Source: Felis catus
Taxonomy: Eukaryota
Length of the DNA stretch: 64,000 bases
Assembly (NCBI RefSeq): GCF_018350175.1
Contig: NC_058368.1
Span: 14,944,001-15,008,000, forward strand
Reading direction: 5' to 3'
Part shown: positions 1-14,362 of the stretch, one piece after another
Position numbering within the stretch: the first letter of the stretch is position 1
Layout: each line of letters opens with the position of its first letter
Translations under genes and position numbers: made by a program
The notes under the pieces: model-generated
Databases searched by the model: none
Seen by the model: the letters and a program-made list of their open reading frames with translations, nothing else
What the model was told of the DNA's origin: nothing

Positions 1-915
1 TCTCTCTCTCGGGGTTCCGTTCCATAGCGTTGACAATCTTTTCCATAGAGCACAGTGTGTAATGAGCCTTTAAGGTCCTTATGACCCTCTGACCTACAGG
101 ATGAATTAAAGACACTGCATTTGGGGGCAAAGAGACCACTCTGACAACACCTTTAATGTTGAACTCATGGCATTCTGGATGGCTTGGGGCACTGTCCACT
201 AGGAAAAGAACTACAAAAGGTGTCCCATACTGTCCTGACTTCAGTGACAAAGCATCGATGGAACCAATCCAGAAAAAAAATAGTTCCTGTTGTCCAGGCC
301 CTCTTGTTGGACAACCAACTGGCAGCTGGTATTTATCTTTTTCCTTCAGGGCTCAGGTGTTAGCAGCTTTATAGATAAGGGCAGTGCTGATCATAAACCT
401 GACTGCATTTGCACAAAACAGTAGAGCTAGCTTATCTCTTCCTGCCTTAAATCCTGGTGATCCTTTCTCTTCCTTACTAAGACATATCATTTGTGGCATT
501 TTTTTCCAGAATAGGGCCCTTTCATTTGCATTAAAAACTTGTTCAGGCAGATATCCTTCCTCCTCAATGATTTTCTCACTGGCGTCTGAGAACTCTTCGG
601 CTGCCTTTTGGCCTGCACAAGTCGCTTTGCCCGCCATCGTGACATTTTTCAAGCCAACCTTCGTTCTAAAATTACCCAACCGTCCTTTGATGGCATTACA
701 TTCTTCAGCTTTAGACCTTCACCTTCCTTTTGCTTTTTTCAAATCGTTTTAGACTTTTTAAGTCTGCCTTTCATATAGTAATCCTGCACCCACATAAAAG
801 CTGCATTTTCAGCACAACGTAAGAAGGTATTTCACAAAAAGTACAAGGTTTTAGCACCAGCTGGCATAGCCACAGTAAGGACTTCACAAATTTCCTTTTC
901 TTTTCTTACAATGGG
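1..915 (-). mobile_element. Tigger2-like (TcMar-Tigger) DNA transposon fragment with decayed transposase
   Basis: ORF 353-679 reads KIIEEEGYLPEQVFNANERALFWKKMPQ...PGFKAGRDKLALLFCANAV...TALIYKAAN, typical of a pogo/Tigger DDE transposase. Frameshifted on both sides. Confidence 0.9.
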
Positions 916-927
916 TAGAGATTGTGA

Positions 928-1020
928 ATACTGGCAAACATCCTATAATGCAAAGGGCAGCCCCTACAGCACAGACTTACTGGGCCCAAAATGTCAATCG
1001 TGCAGGGTTAAGAAACCCCA
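928..1020 (+). mobile_element. MER20-like hAT fragment (3' end)
   Basis: aaacatcctataatgca...ggcccaaaatgtcaatcgtgcagggttaagaaaccc resembles the MER20 terminus. Confidence 0.7.
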
Positions 1021-4000
1021 CTTTAAGTTTACAGACTTGTGATAGGTCTGTATCACTCACAACACAAAATAAGTATTTCATTGCATATAAAAATTTAATG
1101 TAACCTTACCTAAATGATCAAAATGAAAGCAACCTTTAAGAGAAAAAATATATAGAATTAAAGAATTGTTAATACAGTGAAACCAAAACTCAATGTGACT
1201 CAAGTGTATTTTCCTTCCAATCATTCCTTTTTCCTAACACCACATAAAGCCTTACAAAAATAATTTGAATTTTGAAGATCCAATCTCATTACTTAGTGTT
1301 TTATTAAGTAACTTTTTGGCCAGACCATACAAAGATCAAATGAAGCAGAAAAAGACACTCAAAGTCACATACGGAAAAAAATAAATAAATAAGTATGCTG
1401 AAATCTATCTACTTAAGGAGACCACCAACAGTTCAAAAGCATGCAAGGCTAATGGTGGCTTTGAAATGCAAATTCTCATAGTTCCAATTTAAAAGTCACA
1501 TTCAGAAAATGTGGCCAACTTAAAAGTCATATGCAGAAATGGCATTGTTGGCAAGTTTCATTGTTCTAGAATTCTAACCTGTGTCTCCATGGAAAGCACT
1601 GAGAACCACTGTTTCTACTTCCTGTTCCCACCCCCACCACACAAGTACACAAAGGTCTTACAATTTACAAAGGATAGCATTAAGCCAATCTCACTTCTTC
1701 CAGGAAAACAACAATCATTCAACTTAAGTCAAAAGGCTGTGGAAATTAAGTAAGGAGATTGACTTACACAGGCATTCCTCAGAGAAAACTGTTTTCCTTT
1801 AACATTCCATTTGCTCCAGTCACCTGGAGTAAGGAACAACGATGCTACCAGATGAAAAGAGACTTGAAGAGAACTGATAGCACCCTACCAACAGCAGGCC
1901 CTGGATAAGCATTAGCTAATGAGGGTGGAGAGGCTTGCAATCCGCCCTCTCTAGATAGTCTTATCTCCAGCATTACAATTTGAGCAATTACTTAGGCATG
2001 TCATTTGTCACTTAAATTCCTTAAAAAGTGCATACAGACAAGCCATTTTCCCCAGACTCACTGTATCCAGAAGGCCTGAAGGTGTCATCATATGCCTCCT
2101 CTCCCAAACCATGAACGGAACAGTTACAGTTCTAGGTTAAGACCACCCAAGGAGAGCACAATTTTCAAATCTCACTGCAGTGGAAGTTGGCAGAGGCACT
2201 AAAGTTACTAAAATATTTTCATATAAAAAGAGTCAAATCCATCTACTGGGTTAGACAAAAATCTGAGCCAGATGAACCCCAGCTGTCCATCTGGCATTTT
2301 CTCTTCTGCTTTCCTCACTTTGCTTCCCTGCCCCGTGTGGGCAGAAGGGAATACAAGTAGATGGCTGCAGTTAGAGAAAGACAACAGTTTCCTCAGAAAC
2401 CCAACTCCTAAGGAGTCAAACTTATGGTTATAGGGAATGAATGGGCTCTGACCACAAAAGCTGTTTGTTTAAAAATCTTTTGAACATAAGAATCTCTGAA
2501 ATCTCAGTTGAATTCCCAAATCACCTGCTCAGTGTTTAACAATGCGCCCACAAACTGATATTTAGAAAGTCTTTATGGAAGGAAGTTCAACAAGTAAACA
2601 ATTAATTCTTCATTAGGCCACAAGGAAACATCTTATTTAAGGAGGAGAAGGCTAGGCTATTTTAGCAGATCAAGATGGTTGCCTCCAGCCCTAAATAGTC
2701 TCTGTCAAAGCCTTTAAGTCCTAGGTCAATGACCTCAAAGCGTGAGAAAATTGTCTAAAATATACTGAAAATTTTTAGTTTGTTTTCAATTGTCCCATGT
2801 GTTCAAGTCTTTGTAACTTTTCTTCCATCTTATGATTAAATTCTCTGCTGGGTCCCTTGTCAGCTCAACTTCAGTGCCCTAGTCTGGCAGATCAGTCTAC
2901 AGAACAAACAGAGAGGCATGCACTATCCAGATGATGATAATGAAAATTTAAATGGCTTGTAATAAAATGTCTATTGCCTATGCTGCCAATTAATGACCAT
3001 GCAATAACCAAAACATAGGTGCTGTAAACTTTACAAATTTGAAACATGGAAGATTGAACATGGAATAGATTCTAAGAAACATACAATTGTAGTATTCACA
3101 TCCTAGCCAATCTGCAATGTCACAAGTAGATGATCCATGAGACCCTCTAGAAACAATATTTTCCATTTTTTTTTCCTCATTCCTTTTTCTTTAATTCAAC
3201 AAATATTTATGAAGGACCAAAAATGTGCCATCCACTATGATATTTAGTATCTGGGCTTCTTATCCCTTCCTTTGGTCTTCTTAAGTGGGGATGGGAAACT
3301 TGTTTCTTTAAGATGCTCTGTGCGTTCTAGTAAGCATAGAATTAGTGAGATATTTTTGTTGTCTCCAAGTCAACAGGTGCATTTCCTCCTGGATTTCTCT
3401 AAATTTCTTTGTTGTTGCTATTTTTGTAACTAATTAGAATGTGCTAGAAAAGCACAGAGATAGGTCAAATTGAGACTCCCCTTTCTCAAAGAGCTGTTTA
3501 TCAAAAGGAAAACTAAATTCATTTGTCTCTTGGCATTAAAAATAGATTAAGGCAAACAGACACTTCGGATTAGACTATCACAATGGAAAAGTCAAATAAT
3601 TCCTGAGGCTTTCAAAAACATAATGGGAAATGTTGGTAACATTTACAATTTTTCCCTGGCAGAATGAGAAGCGTGAGGAAAAAGACCACATGCAAGAATC
3701 ACCAGACAGTAGCCAGGAGCACCTCCTTCCATCTCCTTTATTCCCAGACAGTTCATGCTTCTTGGATTTAGAAACTGGACTCCAAAGGACAACAGCTGCA
3801 TGCACAACTTTTCAAACAGTTGATATATATCACTGGGCACACAAGAATCAAATCCTACAGAAATCTTCACAAAATTTTTATGTATAGTCTGCTGAAAGAA
3901 ACAGTTAAAAAGAAGAGGCAAGAAAACGACTTGAGGTTTGGGGGAGTCTTCTGAGAAGAATCGCTAAGCTGACAGCATAGAGGTGGGAGGAACTTCTAAA

Positions 4001-5909
4001 GGCTGGGGATAAAAGCCCAGGTCTGGAAATAGTCACTCTATTTCAAGATTTGTCCTGCAGAACTGTACTTTACAAGAAGTTAATTACACTTGTGAAAGCG
4101 ACAATCATTCTGTGATTATCTATGTTCCCACTAAATCCCTAGTAGAACAAGAGATCAGTGTGTCACATTAAGAAAAATGTAAAAACCAAACAAGGTACAA
4201 AAACTGATATGAAAGCAACAAGCCAATGCAAAAGCCTTCACTACTATTGGTTATACGGCATCTAGTTTAATTTTTTTAGAACTACTCCTAGGATATATTT
4301 ACATATATCACTTTCCTGTCAAATGCTAACTAAAATTATCATTCCATTCTCAAAAAAGTCATGTGATTCTATAAATCAAGATAAGACCTGAAACCAAAAC
4401 GACCCTACAGATATACACCACCTGGCAAGGAAAACAAATGTCTTATTGTCACCTTATTGCCAAAGATAAGTGATTAATAACTAATGTTTTCTTTAAGTAT
4501 CCACTCTTAAACTTAGATACTATAAATATGCCTGAGGACCCCCAAAACAATATTTTTATCAATATTTTAAAACAATGGCTTTTACCTCAAAATTATGTAA
4601 ATAAAATATACTGATTTTCTTTTTCCCTGGGAAAAGTCTGAAATAAAATCCTACATGCTCTAAAAGTTGTTTCTGGATACTTTTACCTTTTATATTTAAA
4701 CACATTTATATTATGAAAAAAATCAAATGATGCAAAGCAAATGAAACCTTTATAGACTTTAGTCCCATTTTCTTTCTCAGAGGTAATATCTCATTAATTT
4801 GCTGTGGTGTTTTCTAAACCTTGTTCCATATTTATGTATTTCCTGAGTTTTATCTTTTATTATGATTATTATGATTATTATTATAAAAGAAACTGTACTG
4901 TACAAATTCTGCAAATTGCTTTAGTAAAGGTAAAGATTACTAATAGTAAATAAAGGTTAGACACCAGCTCTTGTCCCCAAAGAGGCAAAAGTCCCTCTAT
5001 AATTATCTGTAAAACTTCAACCATAAAATTCCCATGACTGCTCATGTTTGCCACAACTTGCCCTCACACTGTCCATCAGAAATCAAGCCCCCAAATTACT
5101 GCACGCTGTGCTTTGTAGCTGAGGGAACAACTACCAATATCTTCAATGTTATCAGGTGAAATTGCCATGAAATTGCCATTGTGATAAGACAGTTACAGTC
5201 TGCCATTAAGCACAGTATGCTTGCTAGCTGCCAAAGCTTGAACAGGCAAACCAAAAGCGAGGCAGGCACAGGGCCATGTCAAGAGCTCTTGCTACCTACT
5301 CCTGAAGCTGTCCCCTCATTCTTTCTTTCCCTGGATTCCTCTTTTCTCAGCAACGCTGATTAGACAGGAACCCAAAATAGAGTATTTCATTTGCACATTG
5401 TTTATTTTCAATTAGTTACCCAGTAAGAAAATACTTTCATGAAGAAATACTTATGGAAAACTCTCGACACAAACCAAATCTGTGGCACTCAGTACAAGGG
5501 CAGTAATCTTTAATAAAAGATTATTGTCCTCACTCTACATTAGGTATAAAATGCTCATCCTTCACCAGATACAACTAGATCCTCTTCCTCTGTGTTTTTC
5601 ATTCCCCATTCAACTCAACAGCCAGGGTCACTGTTTACCCATCTGACGTTTGCCAGTTATTAGCATTATTTAATATTTAATATTTAATTAGCATTATTTT
5701 AATATTTAATTAGTTCCTTCAACAAACCAAGTCACTGTCAGGAGCTGTTTCTGTGACTTAAAACACTACCTACACTAGCCCTCTGGAGTTGGCCTCTGCA
5801 CAACCCAGGAATCCCTGGGTTCCAGAATACTTCAGGTGTTGGGACAAAGCACAGGGGCAGAGAGAATCAGTCCCCAGACAAGTCTGCATAAGAGGATCTC
5901 ACTGCTTCT

Positions 5910-6132
5910 GGGATGCCTGGGTGGCTCAGTCGGTTAAGCGTCCAACTTCAGCTCGGGTCACGATCTCTCGGTTTGTGAGTTTGAACCTTGCGTGGGGCTC
6001 TGTGCTGACAGCTCAGAGCCTGGAGCCTGCTTCGGATTCTGTGTCTCCCTCTCTCTCTCTGCCCCTCCCCCCCTCATGCTCTGTCTGTCTCTGTCTCTCA
6101 AAAATGAATACACGTTAAAAAAAAAAAAAAAA
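5910..6132 (+). mobile_element. Feline CAN-SINE (SINEC_Fc-like)
   Basis: tRNA-derived head gcctgggtggctcagtcggttaag, (CT)n tract, A tail. Confidence 0.95.
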
Positions 6133-6356
6133 CCTCAATGCTTCACACTTCAGCTGGAAATAAACTGTTTTCTGGATAGCTTTTAAAACACTCTAAGTGA
6201 TAGAGACTGTTTGTATGTCTACCCAAATGGGATGCAAAGTTTGCAACAAAATAGGCCATTGATTTTCCAGCATAGATGTTGCCACAAAGGAAATAAGCTT
6301 TTGTAGAGAGACCTGTGATTTCTTCAACCATGTTGCAATTAAAAGTGTTAGGTGAC

Positions 6357-6547
6357 GGGGGCGCGAGCGTGGGTGGCTCAGGTCTGAGCATCCAGCTTGG
6401 GCTCAGGTCATGAGCTCAGGGTTCGGGAGTTCGAGCCCCACATCGGGTTTGCTGCGGTCAGCCTGTCAGCACAGAGCCCACTTCGGATCCTCTGTCCCCC
6501 TCCCCCTCTTGTGCTCTCCCAAAAATAAATTAATATTAAAAAAAAAA
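6357..6547 (+). mobile_element. CAN-SINE
   Basis: SINE body with TSD aaaagtgttaggtga on both sides. Confidence 0.92.
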
Positions 6548-8213
6548 GTGTTAGGTGATGGCGTTAGGTAATAATTTGGTAATCAATTTCTGAGCATCTC
6601 CTACAGGCAAGCATTGGTGGGCACAAAAACACAAAAAGACCCATCCTTTGACTGTAAGAAATTTGCAGCCTAATGACAGATGCAGCCATGTAAAGGTGTG
6701 ACCGCAAGACAAGGCCACACGGGCTGCTGGCACCTAGAGAAGCTCCATGGTTATCAATGCCTTTGTCCCACTGGGAAGCCTCCTGGAGGCTGACACTTGC
6801 TCCTCTCATCCTCACTCTGTTCCAACATGAGAAGGCCTTGGCTGGGGGTAGGCAGGGCGAAGTGTCTACTTAATATTAGCACACCCATGTCGGGCTGTGG
6901 ACACACCCTTCTCCCAGGGCTCCAACAGGGCTGATGACAAAGCTCCCCTGGGAAATAAGGAGAAAGCAATGAAGGTGCTCAGAGACCAGAGAGCAAGAGA
7001 CACAAACCTGTGGTTTTTCGTTGTTAGTAAAAATGTTAGGATAGCCCTTGGATAGTGCCACAATGCCTGCACATACAGGGGGCTTTGGCAGGGTTGGAAT
7101 GACAATTTTTCTTTTAAACGTGATGCAGGAAAATGATAACGTTACAGGTGTTTCTGCAGAATTAAAGACTCAAATTCGCCTTTGGAGACTGATCACTGAT
7201 GTTTGGCAGAAAACACTTTAAGGGGCTGTGGTTGTGCAAAGGTAAAGTCAATGTTCCTGAAAGCGGTTCAAGACTGGAAGAAGCAAGCAGCCCCATACAG
7301 TAACTAAAGGCTGGCAGGGGAAGCCCAGCTCTGCAGGCAGCATTTGCTTATAGAGAAATGTCCTTCTTACTCAGAGGGGAGGGTCTTCGGGCAGGGGCCT
7401 GCCTCCCAGGAGGAATGGGCAGGCAGACAGACGGCACTCCTGCTTTGGGCAGGTGAGTGCATGCTCCCACCGTGCCCAAGAGGAACTTGGCTCAGGGCTT
7501 CAGGGGCAATCCTGTGCAGGGTCCAGTCTGAAGGCTTTTCCCACAACTTTCTTCTGTGCAAAAGGCTTCCAGAAAGCTTTGTTAAATATAATTTGGCCTT
7601 AGCTCTGCTGTGGGAAATGAAAGGAGGAAGAAGTGGGGCAGGGCAGAGACACAAGCTGGGAAAGCAGGCGGTGAGATGGCAAATGGTGCCCTGCTGGAGA
7701 GCAGGGCAGCAGGGTGCACAGAAGGAGGCTGAGATGGGGAGAGAAAGCCAGGGGGTCTGCAGGATGTGGGAGGAGGGTCCCAGGGGTACCTGGAGATTCT
7801 GAGGGAGCGGAATATTAACACTAGTGCTAGGAAAATGTCTGTATCTCCTGACAAACCCAAATACTTTATTCTGTTGCTAATGAGCCCCATGACAATCACA
7901 TTTCCATTTATGTCTTAGCTCATAATAACTGGAGAACACGAACTATTCTTAGCCCAGCTTTCTAGTGCAAACATTTCCTCTGCACATTATATTCCTTCTC
8001 GCCTCTAATCTCTAATTCCCACGTTCACATGGATTTAAAATTTTTATGAATACTTTTTTAAAAAATAGACAAAATACCAATAACCAATTAAAAAAAATAA
8101 AATTATAGCCTATATTTTTGAAAAACATTCTCAATCTCCTTACCATCATTGGTGCTATTTATATACGCAAGTTTGAAATAAAAAAGTCTGAAATCAGTTT
8201 AAATGACTTTTAT

Positions 8214-8420
8214 GGGGCACCTAGGTGGTTCAGTCAGTGAACCATCCAACTTTGGCTCAGGTCATGATCTCATGGTCCATGGGTTCAAGCCCCGTGTCAG
8301 GCTCTGTGCTGACAGCTCAGAGCCTGGAGCCGGCTTCAGATTCCGTGTCTCCCTCTCTCTCTCTGCCCCTCTCCCGCTTGTACTCTGTCCCTCTTTCTCA
8401 AAAATAAACATTAAAAAAAA
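8214..8420 (+). mobile_element. CAN-SINE
   Basis: SINE body, TSD aaatgacttttat. Confidence 0.93.
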
Positions 8421-9577
8421 CTAAATGACTTTTATAAGAATCATTAATCTGATGAATGAAAGCTGATTTTACATATTTTTTCTAATATTATCTTCAATTG
8501 GCCTGCTTTCTGGCCCCCTCCAAATCACTCCTCTTCTTCATAATCTCATATAGTTGTGCATAAATACGTTAGCTCCTGGAAAAACCCACATTATAAATAG
8601 TTGGGTGACCCTGGTGAAACAGGCCCAGTGGTCTAGAGAGAAATACAGGCCTTTCCCCAGTGTACTTTGTGCAGTTGACATAATTCTAACTACTATTGGA
8701 AACAGAATCTTGTTCCAAGTCGGTCTGAATATGTTTCCTCCCTGTGCAACACTCTCCAATTTTTCACTCCCTCACAACCTTCTCCACAGGACTGTCTTTC
8801 AACATGAGCGCCAACCTGTCCATTTGTGAAATGTTCCTTTCTACTTCAAGTTTCCCATCACCTGCCTCCTCCCACCTCAATTCTCTGGCAAAGGCACTTT
8901 CTCTTTTCTTTTCTTTTCTTTCCTTTTTTTCCCCCCTCTGTACAAAGAAGCATACAACTGGCAATTCTGGTCACTTAGTTTCTCTAACTTCCTTTTTGTT
9001 TCTGAGGCACTGACTCTTGCCACACACACCAATAACAGCTAGCCCAATTTGGTTTTTTTTTTTTTCTCTCCAACCACTAAAATATGAAACAAGGCAAAAT
9101 CACGTTTCCTCCGGTACAGGAGTGATTCCAGCAGCTAGTGGGAAAGGCTGATAACACTTTGATCTCCACTTATCAGCATGATAGAACCAAAGCTTTTTAC
9201 TCTGCTGGTGACTAATCATTACTGCAGTCAAACCGGAGAGGATTAACAAATTTTAGTAATCCGGATTGTGTTTTTTCAATTACCACAGTCCCCAAATGTG
9301 CCACACGCTTTGTGGGAATGAGCATCATATCGACAACCTATTGCTGTTAAAAAAGTGTAATGCACTTTAGCTTGATAAACTGTCAGATGCCCTACAAAGC
9401 ACTCTAAGGCAGTCTGGCCTTCAGAATGGGCTGACATAATAGGTGTAGGTTTACTGATGTGGGAAGGAAAGGCATTCAGCATTTACTGGTCTGGTGAAAG
9501 ACAGAGACAAAACGGAAAATACTTATGTTTGGGTCTGGATATTCAAGGCTTTCTTGATAAAAATTCTCACAGCTGGT

Positions 9578-9787
9578 GGGACACATGGGTGGCTCAGTCG
9601 GTCAAGCGTCTGACTTCAGCTCAGGTCATGATCTCACAGTTCGTGGGTTCAAGTCCCACATTGGAGCTTTGTGATGACAGCATGGAGCCTGCTTCAGATT
9701 CTGTCTGTCTGTCTCTCTCTCTGCCCCTCTCCCGTTCATGCACAGTGCATACTCTCTCTCACTCTCAAAACTAAACATTACAAAAAA
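9578..9787 (+). mobile_element. CAN-SINE
   Basis: SINE body, TSD aaaaattctcacagctgg. Confidence 0.93.
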
Positions 9788-11185
9788 TTCTCACAGCTGG
9801 AGATGTTGTATCTATTGCCTGACAGGGCTGCTCACTGTCTAATTACAGAGATGTCTCATCTATATTTGGCCATAAAAATGGAAAATGCCAACCCAAACTT
9901 CAGAGTAATATTTTCTCTGTATGTTTATAAAGTGAATCTAGAAAATTTCTTTCAGCCACCACACTTCCCAGTTACATATATGTGTAATACGTAAATTGGG
10001 GTCGATAAGGAAAACAGCCACCTCTCCTAATGTGAAGTGTTCCATATGATAAAGCACCCAACATAGACACTAAGAAAGTTGCTACGTCTTATTCATCCGG
10101 ATCCCTCTTCCCATTCTCACCACGACCTACCCATGCCTCCCCACTGCTATCCCGTTCCACCTACTTTTTCTTACTTCACTATCTTCCTATTTCTTATATC
10201 CTTGAGAGCAACCCTCCCCAAATCCAATACGGCCATCATCATCCTAGGCCAACCCCTTGCTTTCCTACCCCAGGCTTTGTTCCCTCTGCCTAGAATGTCC
10301 TCTATCTGTGCTACTTGCCAATATTCTGCAGACTTTATTTTGTTTAATCACTTGGCAGCATGTGATACCATTGACTATACACAACTCCAAGCCTGCTTCA
10401 TTTTCCCCACTGGAAGGCAAGGGTACGTAGAGTTCTGGGTCTTAAGTTATTTTCTAATTGTGTTATATTGAATGTATGATATACAACCCATCTAAAGTTT
10501 GGTTTTCTCATCTATCTAGAGAAAAAAAAAACAGAACTTACGTCATCAGGTTAGTGTGAGATTTAATTTAATAATGCATATGAAGCATTTAACACAGTCT
10601 CTAGCACACAGCAAACTGCTGACCATGTGTCAGCAGGTCTTACGCATATTCTATCATGTACCTTTTACTACTACCGCTCTCCACTTTACAGCCTAAAGCA
10701 GAGCCTTCATTCACCAGAGCTGCCTTTTCTTTCCCTTTCGTCTTCTTCACTTCTCCCTCTCCTTGTCCACATCTAATCAGACCCGAAATTCTATAAATTC
10801 GACCTTCTAAACATCTCATGAATACTGGTCAAGGGTCCAGGCCGCACAAAATAGGCATGAACTGAATAAAAGAGACCTTGAAAATAAGGCAAGTCAAGGA
10901 AAAAAGTGGCTGCAGATAGGACAGTATTGCTAAACATCCCTCATAATTAGACCTTATTGACTATAAGGGATAGAAACTATTAACACAATGAGTCATGAAG
11001 GGTTCTTGAAATTCTTAACTTCTATATCAAACCTTAAATATGTAATTGGTTTACATTACTGTTACTTGAAAACAGTGGAGGCAGGAGTGCCCACATAGCT
11101 GACTTTTAAAGTTGGCAGTGTACCTTATTTGGAAACGATTGGCAAGTTGGAATAATAAAGTAGGTATATTTTTCATTTAGAAGTC

Positions 11186-11414
11186 AGGAGTGCCTGGGTG
11201 GCTCAGCTGATTAAGCCTCTGACTCTTGGTTTGGGCTCAGGCCATGATCTCATGGTTCGTGGGTTCCAGCCCGATGTCAGTCTCCATGCTGATAGCACAG
11301 AGCCTGTGTGGGTTCTCTCTCTCTTTCCCTCCCTCTCTGCCCTTCCCTTGTGCTCTCCTTCTCTCTCTCTCTTTCTCTCTCCAAATAAATAAATAAACTT
11401 TAAGAAAAACAAAA
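11186..11414 (+). mobile_element. CAN-SINE
   Basis: Head, CT tract, (AAAT)n tail. Confidence 0.9.
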
Positions 11415-12544
11415 GACTGACAAAGTCACCACATGTATAAAACCAGTACCTCATTCACTAACACTGGGTCTTGGGATCTGTGGAAGAATATCTTGCTATA
11501 ATGAATCTTGCAGCTGAGGTTTCCCATATTGGCTACCAGCCACCTAGTTAACTTTCTATATATTGTAGTATGACTTCCATTTTTTAAATAAAAACAGTAC
11601 TATATGATTAAGGTATCGCATGTCAAATGTAAATGCTTTTAATGAATAAACATTTACCAAACATCTGATAAAATCAAAGTACCATGTTAGAGACACTGAG
11701 GTCCAAGATATGCCCAAGGTGTTATTAAGTCCCCAACATTCAATCACCTCTCTATAAAGAATTACCATGTACCAACCCATTTTCCCCCAGGAATCTCTTT
11801 CTAGAACTATTCAACCTCTTGAACACCCTAAAACATTTTTAAATAATTTTGATATTTTTGAATGATTGTTATTTTAAATAAAATGTTTTCATGTAAATAA
11901 CAAATGACACTAGAATTTGGGTAATATTTATGAAATATGAAGACAAAGTTTGTTTTTCCCAACCAACCTGTGGCACATGTTTCAAAGTAACTTTAATGTG
12001 GAAGGCAAATACATAATTGATCATGAAAAATGACTCTATCTTGTTTCGTATAAGAGTTAGCTCTACATTAAAATGGGGACAAATTAAAATATATGTTACA
12101 AAAAAACAAAAATCTGCCTTTATGACCTAATTTACATTTCGTACCAAAAAATATCATCCTATTTAATAATGGTCAAAGCCAACAGTTTTAATCTCAGCAA
12201 ATAAAAATTAAACTGGATAAAACTATCATTACATTTCCTTTTGAATGTTACTTTCTAAAGTACTCAAAACACCTCAGTGTACTATATAAAAAGTGGCATT
12301 ATCGTCGCTTTATATTCTGCTCCATACTAACTTTCTATACTTAACCAATAGTTCATTATGAATATAAATTTAACAATATATGGCTTGGGACAAAGCCAGT
12401 TCAAAGCTATATAATGGTCGAAAACTCATGGTAGTTCGCTGAATCATAAGCCAACTCAGAAACAGGTCATGAGGACTCTTCCCTGATCTCCGCTAACTGC
12501 TATGCAAGGCTACCCAACATGCACTCGGCGGCTCTAAAATTGAT

Positions 12545-12769
12545 TTTTTTTTTAATTTTTTAATCTTTATTTACTTTTGAAACAGAGAGAGACAGAGCAT
12601 GAGTGGAGGAGGGGTAGAGAGAGAGAAAGGGAGACACAGAATCCCAAGCAGGCTCCAGGCTCCGAGCTGTCAGCACAGAGCCCGATGCAGGGCTCGAACT
12701 CACGAGCCGTGAGACCATGACCTGAGCCGAAGTCTGACGCTTAACCAACTAAGCCACCTAGGTGCCCCG
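12545..12769 (-). mobile_element. CAN-SINE
   Basis: Reverse-orientation SINE, TSD aaaattgatt. Confidence 0.93.
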
Positions 12770-13215
12770 AAAATTGATTCCTTTTTAAGGGTAAAGTTTT
12801 TAAGCAGAAAATATGTTTGCATTTTTTAAGACATTAAAACAAATGTCTTTACTGGAACACATTCACGAGCTCCCTAAGGGCTTCCAGAAGCATCAGCTAG
12901 GAAGCACTTAACCATTTTGAAAGTGTGTTGTCCAGGACAAAATGAAGAGCCCTGGAGAACATCTGTTGTAAAAAACAAAAAGGGGGGCGGGGGTACTTAA
13001 GGCCAGAAATATGATTTCCTAGAAGTGAAAGAATTCCATGAGGAGAAAAATGAGACGATCTCAAACAAACTAAGGGCTCAAAAGAGAGGGAAAAATTAAA
13101 GTGTGAAAGAAAAAGGAAAAGAAAAAGCAGAGACGGTATGAAGAAGGAGCCTATGTTGTGTCTTCCTTTGTACAGAAGCACAAAATTTTTTGTTTTGATG
13201 AAGAAGCAAATGAAA

Positions 13216-13377
13216 GGGACCCCTGGGTGATTCAGCAGGTTAAGCAACCAACTCCTGATTTCGGCTCAGGTCATGATCTCACGGTTCGAGAGATTGAGCC
13301 CTGCGTCAGGTTCCTTATGATGACAGTGGAACCTGCTTGGGATTCTCTCTCTGCCCCTCTCCCACTCATGCTGCATG

Positions 13378-13415
<38 letters not shown>

Positions 13416-13442
13416 AAATAAAAACTTAAAAAAAAAAAAAAA
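13216..13442 (+). mobile_element. CAN-SINE
   Basis: Head, (CT)n, poly-A. Confidence 0.92.
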
Positions 13443-14104
13443 GAAGTGAAAGAAAGCAAACCAATACCCAACTGAACTGAATAATCCCTCTGTGAATAGG
13501 AAATGTTTTGTCAAGAACCAGAAATTTCTTTGGGTAACCAAAGGCATGCAAGACTACAAGTGGTGCAATTTACCCTCTCATCTCTCTTTCTGGGCTCAAT
13601 CTCCTAGCTGCATTCAGGAAATCATTACTAAATGCAAGGAAATTAAAAGTGACCTAAAACAAGATTTGATGTATGTCACTGGATGCATAAATATCAAAAA
13701 CATAAACTCCCCAAAAAGGATGCATAAATAAAAGACTGAACACTGATAAGCACGTTATAGAAAAATTAAGTGCCACCTCCCCTGTGAAGAGCAGCTCTCT
13801 TGGGGCTAGTGTTCCCAGGTCACAGCATTCATAGCAGTCTCAAAGGGGAATGTGATCCCCCAAATTTAAGAGTTACTGTTGCAGATGAAACAAGAAAAAC
13901 TCAGTTAAAGATACACGGGTTTGATTTGCTTTAAATCACTGGAATTAGTCCTTTTTTTTCATTTTGTTATTGTTTTTCTTTGTTGTTTAGCTTCAGTTAA
14001 AGGGAATTATAATAAAGACCATCCAGCTTAGTATGTAAGAGAACTGGCCAATAAGGGGGGGGAGGGGGGCTTAAAAGCTGTAAACCAGTGGTAAAGGGTT
14101 TTAC

Positions 14105-14157
14105 TTTTTTTTAAATGTTTATTTATTTTTGAGAGAGAGCACACACGGGCGCGTGTG

Positions 14158-14209
<52 letters not shown>

Positions 14210-14362
14210 AGTGGGGGAGGGGCAAAGAGAAAGAGTAACAGAGGATCCTAAGCAGGCTCTGAGCTGACAGCAGCAAGCCAAATGTGGGGCTTGAACCCAC
14301 CAACTGTGAGATCATGAACTGAGCTGGTCAGATGCTCAACGAACTGAGCCACCCAGGTGCAT
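14105..14362 (-). mobile_element. CAN-SINE containing an expanded (GC)/(CA)n microsatellite
   Basis: TSD gtaaagggtttt; (CA)n at ~14164-14206. Confidence 0.92.

Noticed and set aside
353..679. 108-aa transposase-like ORF as a domesticated TIGD-type gene
   Set aside because: Fragmentary and frameshifted, the first catalytic Asp motif reads VFNANE rather than VFNADE, and no exon structure is evident; a fossil Tigger.
7344..7802. 152-aa ORF in a purine/GC-rich patch
   Set aside because: No recognisable domain, non-ATG start, no supporting splice structure.
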